The translations under genes and the position numbers were made by a program. This document shows positions 36,768 through 50,800 of a stretch of DNA of 64,000 nt, in pieces (the first letter of the stretch is position 1; every line of letters starts with the position of its first letter). The notes under the pieces are model-generated. The model had not been told where the DNA came from, searched no databases, and was given only the letters and a program-made list of their open reading frames with translations. The DNA comes from Fimbriosthenelais zetlandica (lineage: Eukaryota), in contig OZ365111.1 in the NCBI GenBank assembly GCA_977030845.1, positions 21,266,001 through 21,330,000 on the forward strand. The letters are read 5' to 3'.

Positions 36768-39700
36768 ATGCCTGTAAGTACTGTTTTCGCCGAGATATTG
36801 GATCAGGGTTTGATTATTTATAATATAGAGACAACAAAGAGTCATTGTACTTCGTCATTAGATATCTAGGATTGTGTAAATTCTGGATTTTCTATATCCC
36901 CCGCCCGGCCCCGGGTCCGGGGTCCCCGGCATCCTTCACCGAACGAGGGCGGGGCGGGGCCGGGGGAGGGAGGTAGGGGGCTAGGGCTTGTTTGGCACGC
37001 GTTAACTTTTCAGGTTGGACTTGATTTGACCATGAGAAAATGTTGCTTTGGTTATATAATAGTTCACCTCTCTAGTATTATACAGAATAAAGTCATGTCT
37101 GACTATAATTGGAGGTGTCAGGTCAAAGCCAAGGGATTATATTTTATAAATTATAGCCTACTACCGGGTCGATTTAAAAAAGGTCTAAATATGTATGTTC
37201 TTCTTCTTTCAGGCCAATCATTCCCAGTTTCTCAATTCCAAACTAGTGGTTGGAAACATGGCAATGTTGCCTTTAAGAACTCAGTTCAAAGGGCCAGCTC
37301 CTAAGGAAAGTAAGTCAAGTGATATAGCCTAGTTATTATAGCCAATATTATATAGGCCTATAGTTTATTAATTTATACCGCGGTCCGGAGTTATTCACTT
37401 GAATGAATTTCTGCTTTAATTACAATTACCAGTAAATCCTTTCTTTTTGTAAAATATTTTATTACATTCGAACAGGTGGTGATTTCGATATTATTGACGA
37501 ATCGCTCCACTATTTTAAGGCCAATGTGTTCTTTAGGAACTATGAAATCAAGGTAAGACAAGAAGTAAACCTAAATTCTATGCTAGAGTCCTGAATTCAT
37601 TTTATTGCCTAATTTTAATTTACCGCTCCTGTACCTGTATTGTATTTATTAATCCCATTTCCCCTTTATGGGGAAAATGGGGTTTTAGATTTTGTGCTCG
37701 TTGTTCTACACTATTATTTTTTTTTTTTTTATTAATGTTGTAGTTAGACTTTTGATGAAAAACGGGTTTATATTAGAGGTAGGAATCTGGTTTTCACACA
37801 TATTGTAGACCATAGTAAGAAGTGGTCACATGTGATGAATGGATGTCATACGTCATCACATGACGTCATATGACGTCACCAAACCAGCCAAATTGGTAAA
37901 ATTTGATTGTAATTTTTTTGGACCCATGCGGATCTAGAATAAGATGAATGGTATGTAGTGTAAAGATACATGATGGACTATAAGTTGACCTACATATTTG
38001 ACCTTTGACCTAATTAGTTACATGGAATTAGGTCAGGGGTATGAAATCACTTAAATGCTATTTTGGCCAGATTAAAAATATTCAAGAGTGATTACACTTG
38101 GTTCATGAGCAGTCAGTGGGTGAGGCATATATGAGAAATATATTTTGTAGTTGGTTGAAACGACGTAAGATGACGTCAAAGTGATGTAAAAACTAATTAA
38201 CCTAATATTTTCAGTTTATTTAATTCAGCAAGTTTATTTTTAAAGATAAAACTTAAAATGAATTAGATGAATTAAAGTACATAAAAAGACCTGTTGATAC
38301 CTATATCGCATTATGCATTCCACTCATAGGTTGATTTGTTATGAATTTTTTAATATTTTCCATTTTGGTCAATATTTTCATGTTTTTTTCACTCTGGCAA
38401 GTTTATTTTTAAAGATAGAGCTTAGTATGTACTAGACAAAAAAAGCACAAAAATAGACCTTTGCATACATGTATTGCATTATGCAGTCCAGTAATTTTTT
38501 CTATATATACATTTCAATACACAAAATTTAAGACAAAGGTCACTTGGAGCTAGGGGATCAAGGTAGCACCTGCAGCAGCCCCCACCCTCCACTGGCCACT
38601 TGGAGGGGGGTCAGGATTATTGGACAGAGACTTGCCTAAGTCTTTCTTTCATTAATCCTATTTTTTATTTGAACTGTTCAGTGAATAACTCTGCTGGTCA
38701 ATCATAACAATGGCCTCTATTTAATGAGAAGATTGATTGCAAAATGAGATGTTCAGCTTCTTTTGAATGAAAGCCATGAAACATCTCTGGTAATTGAAGC
38801 ATTTGAGTCCACATGTAACAGTGAAACTTATATGCCTCTCCTGGCACTGAGAGAATTAAGTTAAGTATAAGATAGAGAATATCTGAATCTACAATTTGTA
38901 ATACCTATCCAGAGTTTAGTTTCTGTTCTCTCATATTTAAAAACATTAGCCTGAAATTGATTACTTTGACACAATAAGTGATTATCCAAAAGAATTATAT
39001 ACAGCCAAGGGGTTTGTGGTCAAGTCTAGGGGGAGACCCTGACTGGTGTGTTTGCTTAGAGGTATGACCAAGAAGTTGTGGTCAAGTCTAGGAGGAAACT
39101 CTCTCGTTGCCATGGCAACAGGTCAGAATGGTGGGTGGGTGGGTGCAAGAGTGGAGGATTAGAATAGAGGGCTTGGAGGCTGTGTTGTTACTGCAGTTAA
39201 GTACCAGTACCAGTAGAGACAAGAGTCTAGACAGAAGTTTGAAAATGTTCACTTTACACATAGTGGAATAGGAATTACAAATAGATGGATTTAGGTGTGG
39301 AGTTGCTTTATGTGGGCCTAGAACAAAAGATTTTACTTTTTCTATGTTTGGAAAGCACTTAGTCCTTGCATGAGGAATTATGTCAAAAAGTGAATTTTTG
39401 AAATATTTAAATTTCAAAGTTTATTTTAACAGAGTAACAGGCATTAGATAGATTTATATATTAAGTTTTTAAGTAAATATTAAGGTTTGAAGTGTGTTTT
39501 TTGGTACTCATCTATGATTTTTAGTCTGCCTCTCAATACACATCTTTCTCTCACAGAGGGTATTTGTTATGTACACAGGTTTTAGGCTGATTGTAATTGG
39601 CGACCTGGACAGGAGGTAGATAATTGCCTTCAGTCTATTCCTATAAATTAATTGTATAGTTATATTCTATATGAATCATCAGAATTCTTGGTAATGTAAT

Positions 39701-40885
39701 TGAATACTTGATCTCTAAAGATAAACGCTGCCTGATTTAACGAGGTTAATCATTGAGATGTGAGACTGTCTTGTAAAACTTTCCCGGGTATACCATGATG
39801 ATATTATAATGGCTTAGTGGATTATTAATGATTACTGGTAACATTATGACTAGTTACCGTATTGATAACAAATATTTATTTCCATATTTCTTTTACAGAG
39901 TGAGGCTGACCGAACGTTAATCTACATTACTTTATACATCACAGAATGTTTGAAAAAGTTACAAAAGGTGAGGAAAAAGTTGTGTTTTGAGCTGTGTAAA
40001 AAAAATCACAAATATCATGATTGGCATTAAATTGTAGTTCCTGTTCGGCTTTTAACCTTTAGCCTTAATAATGTGGGGGTATAAATTATATCCCATAATC
40101 TCTGTACAGCCTTGATTCTTCTGACCATTAAAATGATTGTTTTTTTCCAGTGCCAGTCCAAAAATCAGGGATTGAAGGAGATGCACTCACTTGCCATCTC
40201 TCGGTTCTTCATTCCTGGCGAGTCAAATTTCCCCCTCAACGCCTTGTATGGAAAACCTTCTAATCGCCAGGAAGAAGGTAGGAAATTATTTTTACTATGG
40301 TTTTTTCATAAGGTCACAATATCTTAAATAAATGGGACCGAGCTCAAATTCATAGCTGAAGTATTTCATTTCTGAATTTTAAAGTAGTTTATGGACATGT
40401 ATTGAACCACTGCTTGGTTTTGCATCTGGCGTTATATTAAATTTTCATCCTCAGTTGTAAAGGAGAATTTTGATTTAATATTGCACAGATATGATGAGAA
40501 ACTACGTTCAACAACTGCGACAGGAGACAGGCGTTCGTGTAGTTGAAAAGATATTTGATCCTGCTACGGATAAACCTTCAAAGGTGAGTAAATCGAGTTC
40601 TCATAATAAAATATTGTTCATGGAGTTATTTATAGTCAGTTAATTAATGTAAAAAACAATTCAGACAGGATGATTCTCTAACGCCCCAGATACTTTCTTG
40701 TACACATTCAGTTATTTTTCTTAATAATTGTGTAAATACGTCTTTTCCAAATACATATATATAAATATTGAATTCCTAAGTGGTTTATTTGAGATTCTGA
40801 TATGATAAGCTTTCCTTTGCAGTGGTGGATGTGCTTCGTTAAAAGGAAATTCATGGACAAGTCTTTGTCTCAACCAGGACATTAA
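36768..40885 (+). CDS. ARPC3: Actin-related protein 2/3 complex subunit 3 (p21)
   Basis: Exons 36768-36773, 37213-37309, 37476-37552, 39899-39967, 40151-40277, 40489-40583, 40823-40885. Translation includes [45 protein letters not shown] and [19 protein letters not shown]. Confidence 0.97.
37648..39853 (+). mobile_element. ~2.2 kb non-autonomous repeat element, copy 3 (ARPC3 intron 3)
   Basis: Colinear with copy 2. It has a small deletion that removes the distal GGGGAAATG motif, and it ends cattatgactag|tt 45 nt before the exon-4 start. Confidence 0.8.
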
Positions 40886-42026
40886 TTCATCAATTTTTAT
40901 AACAACAATGACTGAAAATGATTGGTTGGGTAGTCACTAGAATAAAACTAGTATTTCCATCGTGGGAAATGTTTTATTTTGAGAATCAGAATAATGGAAT
41001 TTATTAAAAACTATCCAAATATTGTTAAGTTCTAGAAATAATACTGTTAGGGAAACTCAAATGGTTCCCTTTCGTTGAGGTTTTGTACTGAATAGTAGTG
41101 AAAACCACTCCCTGGTCGGAGAGGTGGGTTTTTTAACCTTTAGTCCATCTAGCCAGGTATTGATTAAGCATTTCATGGCATATATGTAAATGCCATCGTA
41201 GGAGTACATATTACATGTATACGCATGTTAATTTAAAAGCTAATATTCCTTAATTCATCTACATAAGATTCATCTATCTCTAGGTTGTTGATATATCAGT
41301 AACCGAATCATACTCCGATGAGAATACAGAAATTTAATTTAAATGCTGACTTCTGACTTAAGACAAATTATATAGAACTTAAGATGTTGTAAACTCATTC
41401 CAGGAATGCATGGTTTTCTCATACTATCTCTCAGATCGGTGTATTCTAGTGTTCCTTTGAATATTAACTTGGAAGACTTCAATAAAAATCAACAATACAC
41501 TTTCCAATGACTAAAGGTGTTTCTTACTCGGCCAAACTCGAGAGTAACGATTGTTTTGGCTTGAATATTTATTACAAAGCAGTTGTACAATTGACAATAA
41601 GGTGAAGTTATGGTAATGGGGTAAAAGATGGCTTTTAACGAGGTTAACACTTGAGCATCTAAGTCAAACAAGATTTAATATGGACCAATGATATTTATAT
41701 AGTCCCAAAATATAGGTCCCCCTTTAAATGCATGAAAAGACCAAACTTATACTTCGCATTTAAGACTCGGGTACTCGTTACTAAGACTACAATGGGCAGA
41801 ACCCTTTTGATCTTAGAATTTTAGACATTTAAATATTTTTTCCCATTATTCTCATTTCAACAATGGTGTTAAAGCATTTCCAAAAAGAGTAATTGCAGAT
41901 CTTAATATGCTCTCTGCAATAAAAATACGCGTCTAAGAACTTTAATTTAAAGTTCATCGGTTGCGTCCATTCAATTTTTCCTTGAGTCAAGAGCCAGTTT
42001 CCAAGCATAGATAGCAGTTATAATGA

Positions 42027-45000
42027 TTAAACCCTGCAAATATATAAACGTAAATATTTAGTACAAATAAAAAACTGTGTTTACTACAGGGGGAGACACA
42101 CATGGACGACCTTAGTTGATTTCAGGGTGACAAATTGCAGAAACGTAATTAAAATTAAAAATTATCGAAACTCACCTTTTCACAACTTGAACCACATCCT
42201 CATCATTCAGCGGATGTTCTTTACCAACCTTCTGAGGTTGATATTTCACCGATGTTCCCCAAACGATTGCACTAGGGTAGAAAAAAAGTAAATATAGCGG
42301 ACAATGGAACTAACAGTGGATTAGACTCTCAGTACATGTACAATTGAGACTTTAATATTTTGTTAAAAAATTCCTACGGTACTCACTATTTAAATTCTTT
42401 GATGATGCTCCTGTGAAGTTTGTTACAGAAATCTTCTACCGTGCAGTGATCCAATTTCAATACCACAGGCGATTCGTAATCGGGGAGCTGACCCTTCGGT
42501 TTGGTGTATCTGAAATAGAATGGCAACTTATGTCATAACATTTTTTGCACTACAATATTTCTCAAAGCATTCACCGAATTCCAAAAATGGGAAACGGGAT
42601 AATAATTCAGGGTGTACTGCAAGAATCCGGGGCAAAGGCCAAATGTGTTTTACTTACATCCGCACAAGCATTAAATAGTCCCACATTTTTTCTAGCAAGT
42701 CGTCGAAGTTCCATTTGTGATGAGCTGAGATAGGCACACAGTGGGGGATTTTGTAAATAATGTCCAATTCCTGAAACGTAAGGAGAACGAAAAACTCATT
42801 TCATAAAATCTTAATAATTCAATTTTTTTTTGTAAAGAATTTTTATAGAGCCTGTTATGGGTGAATACCAGCTCACACTCTTAATCACTTTTTCTCCCAT
42901 AACATAGATACTACAAGTATAATAATAGATTTTATTATTTGTATATTTTAGAACACCAATCTAAAACAGATCCGTGAAGAGGCTTTTTATATCGAGCCGC
43001 GAAAATTTTCTTACAGACTATTGCCATTGTTATTTCAAGGCGTCACCCACCTCTACGGATATTTGATCAATCTTGTTGAGGACGTATATACACGGGATGT
43101 AGATACGGTTGCCTTCAATGACGTCTATCAAGTCTTCAGAGGTGGCGTCGTATCGGAGAGTGATATCAGCATTATGTATCCTGTATTCACCGAGGATTGT
43201 CTTCACAAGGTCTATATCCAGCTCAGACTGAGTAACCTAGAAAATTCACATTGCGACAATTATAAGTAATGTAATTTTCATAATTTATTAGCAAAAATGT
43301 GAAAGTCTTTTGGGATACTTTATTGATTTTTTTTGTAAGGTGTGTTTTAGGGTAATTTATTGATTAAATGTAGGGTGTAAGTTACTATTTGATAAAATTT
43401 GATAAAATATTGATGGAAATATATGAAAGAATCTTTCGTAACCCGTTTTGTCATGAAAATTGAGTCGATTATTAAGAATTTCATGCATTTTCAGTTACTT
43501 TCATCCAAGTAAGTTAGGAAGTTGCGACCTTACAAAGAGAGTAGAGAGTACATCTTTAGGAAAGACTCCTCAAAGACTTACAGTGGTCGTGAGGTTGATG
43601 CCACCTTTGTCTTTCTTCCGGTAGGATATGTTTGGTGGGTCCTTATTAAGTCTGATACCGAATCCTTCCAACTCGTGCTCAAGCAGGTTTTTGTGTTGAA
43701 GTGGTTTTAAGACGTCCAAGACCATGAAAATAATATTGCAAGTCCTGGCAACTGAAAAAAATAATGCGATTATTAAATATTAATATTCAAAAATATCTGT
43801 CTATAACACAGCCAAATGTCAGTTGTTCATCTGTATATATGTGGCTAATAATTAATGATAATTCACCTGCGATGACTTGCTTTCCTCGACCCTTTCCGTC
43901 TTTGGCACCTTCGATGATTCCGGGCAAATCTAATAACTGAAAACCAACGAAATGGTTAGTACCGGTACATAGGAGAAGTAATGTTTCTACCGCGCCCAGC
44001 CCCCACCCCTCCCACACACACATACATAGGCCTACCCCAAAAAAGAAAAATTATGACAAACTAAAAATATTAATAAGTAAATGTTTACAATAACTCGAAT
44101 GAAAAATAGGAGCATGGATATAATTACATTTTCGTTATACACTGGGTTAAAAAATAGCATTATGGATATATTTTTTTTTGTTGGGAGGGGGGGGGGGGGG
44201 CGAGGGGATAACATACCTGAACTTTAGCACCCTTGTACCTGATAACACCAGGCACCGTTGTTAAAGTTGTAAACTCGTAGGCTGCTACTTCTGAATATAC
44301 ACCAGCTAAGTTGGACAGCAGGGTAGATTTTCCGACAGATGGGAAACCTGGAATACAAAAAAAAATTCGATTCCGAATCATTCACCGAGGACATGTGAAA
44401 AATTATATCATGAGAAAACATATATATTTTTAACGGGAGCAATGATTATAGGCCCTTTTTGATTTGAGTGAAAATTTGGAAGTCTTAAAAAATACTGTTC
44501 TATCTAGAGGTAAAAATTAGTGTCTACATTAGGCCTATACACACCTACAAATCCTATTCTGGCATCTCCTGTTTTGGCGACATCGAAGCCTTCTCCAGTG
44601 CCACCACCTCCGCCTTTAGGTTCGATGAGTTCTCTTCTTAACTTGGCTAACCGAGCTTTGAGGAGACCAAGATGACCCATGGTGTTCTTGTTCCTTTGGG
44701 TACGGGCCATCTGTCAGATTAAAAAAAAACATTTTTAACTTAAGGCACGCAACTGATGTACCGGTAGCATGATTGTAGGCCTCGGCCTATTACATAAATT
44801 ACGGTAATAAAAGATAAATCAGGGAGTATTTGTGACGATACCAGGCATGACATTGCTAGTAAGTCTAGTCGATTTATTCAAAAAATAGTTTTAAATAAAT
44901 TATAATTAATTCTAATAATAATTTTTGGGATCGGTGGAGTCTGGTTTCTGGACTGGAGAAAATGTATCAGTCATTTTTAACATTATGATTTATGAAAAAA

Positions 45001-45291
45001 CGGGGTAGATCTAATATTATCTCGATATACAAACTTAGATACATCTTCCAAACTGGATATTATGGACCCATTGGAACGGAAGTGTGCACACTCAAAAAAT
45101 GACACTATGTTTACAGGGTAGGCTACCCCACTGGCACTGTCAGCAGCCCGACATATTGACACTGTCACTGCTGAGCAGGTGCTCGTGCAGTCGTGGTGAA
45201 AAATCGTTATGATACCGATTTATTTACTAGACAAACATCAACCACGCCTTACCTCCGCCTCGATCTCAGCTATCTTCTCGAGAATCCCCAT
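42027..45291 (-). CDS. DRG1: Developmentally regulated GTP-binding protein 1
   Basis: Exons 45291-45253, 44710-44545, 44347-44217, 43936-43867, 43751-43582, 43236-43051, 42770-42658, 42509-42387, 42271-42177 and a probable tiny last coding exon 42033-42027 (G GTT TAA). Translation includes [58 protein letters not shown] and NKID. Confidence 0.96.
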
Positions 45292-45848
45292 CTTGAATAT
45301 CTTTTGAAGGTGTCAGAAGGAAAAATGTGGCTAGTAACTTAAAAACAACATGCGATTTTAACACCACACACCACACGGCATAATGGCGCCGGCTGGGTGA
45401 CCTCCGGAAGTACAAGACGACTTCCGGTAGACGAAATTCCAAAACGTCAATTAAAAAAACGATTTTTTTCCTTTGCTTACTTTATAAATGAATTAAAAAC
45501 CCAAAGAAATGCAATATAACAAATTTCCTTTAGATTAAAATTCATAATCCACGGCGCTGATGCAAATGAAAGGTCAAACATTGACTGCGCATGTCAACAT
45601 CCGGGCTCTTTGTGTCCAGCGACATATTCTAATTTTCGCAACAATTGAAAATTTGTGTGGCTTTCCGTTCGGATTTTTTGTAACAATGCTTGTTGGTTTA
45701 TACATGTAGCTGACACCGACGACCCGTTAAGGCTCTTTAGATACTGCGGTATTCATTTCGTTTCGACATCTGTCTGCGAAACCGTCTTCTGAAGCCAGTA
45801 TATCTGACAGCCCCCCGAACAACCTTGGATTCTTCAAGTCGAGCATAG
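45292..45848. promoter_or_regulatory. Bidirectional promoter, DRG1/EIF4ENIF1, and a probable non-coding first exon of EIF4ENIF1
   Basis: CpG-enriched, with aatggcg (YY1-like, ~45381), ccggaagt (ETS, ~45405) and tgcgcatg (NRF1-like, ~45586). Plus-strand donor catag|gtaaag at 45848/45849. Confidence 0.6.
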
Positions 45849-47888
45849 GTAAAGATGCACGTCTACTTATTTCGTCTTGTTTGACAGATGTGTATTGTGT
45901 AAATTGAGACAAATATCTGTCATGTATTTCTCTTTACTGGAATTTTAAAAGATATTTTACTATCTCTGTTCCAGTATTTAAATAGACTTTTAAAATGGTC
46001 CACCGAGATGACAGGTTCAAAACATTTTTGTTTGTGTTTTCTGTGAGTGTGACTGTGGAACCAAACAACAGTAGATCTAGCCTAAGGCTAAGTACTGAAC
46101 ATGTGACCTGCTGTTTTGACAGGTCCCATTCTCTTGCAGTGTATTATAAGTTTTTGTTGTTCGCGTCTTTATTAAATAGTAACAGATCCATATTTAAATT
46201 GTCATGTATTAATTATTGTTCATGAAATTCACATATCTCTCCTCACTTGTCCCCACACCTCGATCATACTTCATCCGTCAGATAATTGTCCAACATTGCA
46301 ACAACATTAGCATTTGACATTTCTTCCTTCGCTTGGATGTGTGTGCAAGTACGCAGTTGGAACTGAGTCAGCTAAATTTATTATGCCGGGTATTATTGTT
46401 ATAACCTTGGTCATAATATTTTTACTCAGGTGAAAATTATTCATAAAGTCAAAGCGAACAAAACTATTCAGTCATATTTCACTGGGGCCTGCTATGCTGT
46501 TACAAAATCAGTAATAAAAACAACCAAGCAAATGTCTGCTGAATTTCTTTAGTCAAATACTTTAAATAGTGATCATTTTAAGTGCAAAGATAGTTTGTTG
46601 CCTACTTGCAGGCCACATAAGCATATGGAAGACAAAGAATTTTTGCCACTTCAGCATGATTATGCCTTATATAGTAGACAAAAGAACGAAGGAGAATACG
46701 AAGGAAGATGTCCATGTTGGGACATTCTACCCTTTAGAGGAAAACTTGAGATTCATGACTACATGAGGAAATTCTGAAGTCATTCAGTCCATGACTTGGA
46801 AATTTTTAGTTATATTTTATAGAATACTTAACCAAAGTTTTATGCGAGGATGATACACAGGTGTATATTAGAGTCTAGTACTAGAGCGTAAAGGACTACA
46901 TTCCTGGCAATCATTTGAGTTCAACTTCAAGGTTCTGAGGTTGAAGTATTGTATTGCTCTCTGAGCCTAGGTTACTTTAAACTCCACCCTAATTATGGGG
47001 CCTATTCGTGGATTGTAAGATCTCTAATCATAGTCGCCAAAATCGTGCGTCTGGCTGGCTTCCTGCTCCGTGCCTGTGGGCGTTTTGCTGTGGGCAGTGG
47101 CCATAGATAGATATAATATAGGAGTTATGTTTTTATCAGTTCCTTTGGTGAATACAATTCCCTTTATTCCCCCCAAAACGGAAATATACCGTCCCAACCC
47201 ATTTCCTATAATAGTACTTACTATTACTTAGAATACTATGACGTGACTATTACTAGTATCACATTGATCATTTATCTTCTTTTCTTGGAGGCGGGGGAGG
47301 GGGTGGGGGCGGCTTGCAGGCCTGTGACAGTTGATGATGGTCATTGTTGCTAACCACTTGCTAATGATCTTGACCATGTAGCGTTCCATCTTGAAATGTA
47401 GCGTTCTATATTCATACCTTTATGTTTACATTGTCAAACGCGTTGACTCCTATTTCGCTTATCATTATCTTATCTCATCAAGGTGCCAGAACATTTGTAT
47501 TGTTTACAATAATCAGTTCCAAAGTTTGAAACGCGAGAGTGCTCTCGATCTCACCTGCCCCTTAGGTCATAAGTTAAGTTATCTGTGGTGAACTTATCTA
47601 CACATTAAGGTTTATCTGGCCCTGCTCACTTTCAGATGTGACCTAACACCAATTGTCTTTCTCATCCTTGACACGTTTGACGCACACTAAATTATTCTTA
47701 TAATTTATTTCCATATTTCTTTGTTTATAAACAAATTCCTTGAGCATGTGATGTTTAATAATCTGTTGAAATCATGGCCTCGAGTCGTACTAGTCCCTGT
47801 TTAGAATTTATAATATGGTAAATATTTCCTGAGAAATTAGTTGAAGTTTGTTCTGCACCTTTTTTCCAGATATCCGAGCGTTTTCCTG

Positions 47889-50800
47889 ATGGATGCGGAA
47901 TTGAAGGAAACTCAAGTGAAAGAAGTGGAAGAAAAGGAAAATGGCACTGAAAGTGAGCAATCTGGTTCGGGTTCTGCTACTCCTCGTACAGAAACCCCTG
48001 GTACTCTACCCAAATATCAGTACGGAAGGGTAGGTTCAGTAATTAATTTTATTATGATTCAGTGAATTTAAAGTAATAATTTTCGTTATTCTGCATTAAT
48101 GACATTGCATTTAATAACATTAAATTAATTTCAGGACGAATTATTACGACTGAGCCAGAGCCCAACTCCTGACCGTCTCAAGTGTCTTAATAAAGCTTTT
48201 GATACGTAAGTATGCTTCGAATTATGTAATATACAGGTCTACTACTTCAGGTTCCTGTACGGAGAATTACCGGTAGTTCTCCAGATTTCCGAATAGGCCT
48301 TCAAGCTACATAATATTATATATAAGATGCCTAAAAATAGAGCTCATTATATGACGGTACTTATTTCATAAGATACAATATTAAAGCTGAATAATTTATA
48401 AAACCGGCCCCATGATGTAAATAACAAATTTATATAGAATGTCGGGCGTCATGCATCTACTTCCTTTGTAAGCTCGTATTATAACTTGATAACATTATGT
48501 TACGAAATGACTTGGATGTTTTGAAATAATTATTTATCTACAGTTCTGAGGGTGTGTGGGATCCTGAGCGTTGGCACCGGTCTTTGAATGGTTCACGTGG
48601 CAGTTCCCCACTTTCATTCATCAGTGCTCGTAGAGACAGTACCGGTGATAGGAAAAGACCTGCTGAACTCGACCGAGACTTGCTATTCAAAAGGAGACCT
48701 TCAGGTCAGTATTGTTTTTAACTCATTCTCAATGAATAATGGTCCAGTGATTTAAATATATAGATACATTTTCACGATTATACCTCTGAGAAAAAAAAAG
48801 AATCCAATATAGGCTCAAGTTTCTGAAGCAAAATGGGAAAGTTCTTACTTAAAAGAAAAGCTAATCACTTGAAACCTTCAATATACCTTGACTCCAGCAT
48901 TAAACAAATCGGTTAATACTAGTTACATAATACATGAAACAGCCTTCCATACGCTCTTCTTGCATAATAAACTCCAGTTTCCCTTTAATGCAGATCCTCT
49001 CAGCGTTGGGATTTCAGGATGAAATAAATATGAAGAAAAAATTTATTAAAATTCACTTTCTTATTTTTGCACAGCTGACCCTAAAGGTCGGATCAGGGAA
49101 GAGGAAGACGAGGGGCTAGGTATAGTACTCAGTCCACAGAGACGTAGTTTTGGTACTGGCTGTCATGTGACCACTACGTCGACACGTCGCACTGGGAGTC
49201 CAACTGACCTGGATCGTGAGCGGTATGTATTACATAGTCCTAGCTTCAAAAACTAAAACGCGGATACATTGAAATAATGTCAGTAACATGGGGAAGATTC
49301 GTGAAATGGAAATAGACCTCACTTAATAATTCCAAATTAAATTTGTGAATGCTTTAAAGTAAAGATAAATTGCAGTTAATTTTTTTTCTATTTCTATTGT
49401 TTAATCTCTTCATTTTCTACCAATCCTTTATTCCAGTGATCGGCGTGGAGATCGCATGGAAAGAAGAATCGGAAGCGGTCGCATTCAGATTGATAGAGAT
49501 CGCGAATTGGCTCGCGACAGGGACAGAGACCTTGGGCGAGACAGGGATCTTGGCCGAGACAGAGACAGAGACCTAGGTCGCGACAGGGACAGGGATCGTG
49601 ATTTTGGAAGGAGTGGAGATAGAGACAGAGAGAGGGACAGGGATTTTGGAAGGCCCAGGGATAGGGACATGGACAGGGACAGAGACAGCCGTGATTTCAG
49701 GGACGTACGTTCCTCGTTTGACCGGCGCTATGACAGGCGTAGTCATGATAGGGTGAGCATAGATTATATCCCTGATAAAAAAAATAATTATATTGTATAG
49801 GTGTGCACTCACTATTACGATAGACAACAAAGATAGCTGTTAAGACAGGTTATAAATATGATAAAGGAAACCCCTACAATGTAGCTAAAATGTATTCACG
49901 TTCAAATTAGTTAAATTAATTGAAATATATTCATTGCTCTATCGTGATTTTGGACCCAGTTTAATTTTCCTCGTGTAGAGCAATGGGAATATACTCTTAT
50001 TTATATTGGGATCTGAGAAAGTGTAACATTTAAAACATTGAAATTCATTTGTTGAATTTTTACTGAATTCTATTCTTTTTTTTCTTTCAACAGCGTGACA
50101 ATTACGGTAAGTCAAATATAGTCTTCAGACTTAAAAATCGATTTTTGGAATCGAAATTTACTGTATCTTGACTTCGTTCATTCAAATCGTTGGACGTATT
50201 TGTTTTATAGTCTGGTTAAATTCCACTCTTCCATTACTATAGGTCGCGGCTATAAACATAGAGAGGAAGCAGAACCAGAATGGTTCAGTGCTGGGCCCAT
50301 GAGTCAAACGGACACCATCGAGCTCCATGGCTTTGAAAGAGAAGAGGATAAAGATCCTCATAGGACTCCTCGTAAGTAGATTCCTTTATTATTACAAATG
50401 ATATGATATCCTACTCGTAGAGTTAGCGCAATTTAAACAATATACTGTAATACAACCAAAAGAAATTTGCCTTTACCTGAAGATAATATTATGTTAGAAT
50501 TGCTCATCAGACTAAATAGCTTTGGTAATGATTACAAGAATTGCAAATCATTTCCTTTACTTATACTAAAATATTTCGGCCTTTTTACATCAATTTTCAG
50601 TTTCAAATGTGCATTTAACTCATCTTTTTTTGTGAGATCCTCTATATAATTTGTAATTTCTAATATTTTAACCTAGAATTAATCTTTTATTGAATTTCTA
50701 GGCTCCAAATTTTCGGAGAGTCCGGACAAGGAGAGAAGGAAAGCAGGATCGGGTAGAGATACGAGAGTAAGAGAGAGTGAGAGAGCTAATAATAATAGGG

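Noticed and set aside
45253-45291. DRG2-like start (MGILEKI) suggesting a DRG1/DRG2 chimera
   Set aside because: The rest of the protein has DRG1-type residues throughout, and 13 N-terminal residues are too few to support chimerism.
45727-45912. 61-aa minus-strand ORF upstream of DRG1
   Set aside because: TTG start just after an in-frame stop. It overlaps the CpG-rich region with a plus-strand donor at 45848, better explained as the 4E-T 5' UTR exon.
46569-46777. Short ORFs in the first intron region of 4E-T (MEDKEFLPLQHDY...)
   Set aside because: No recognisable domain and no convincing splice context; cannot be supported from sequence alone.
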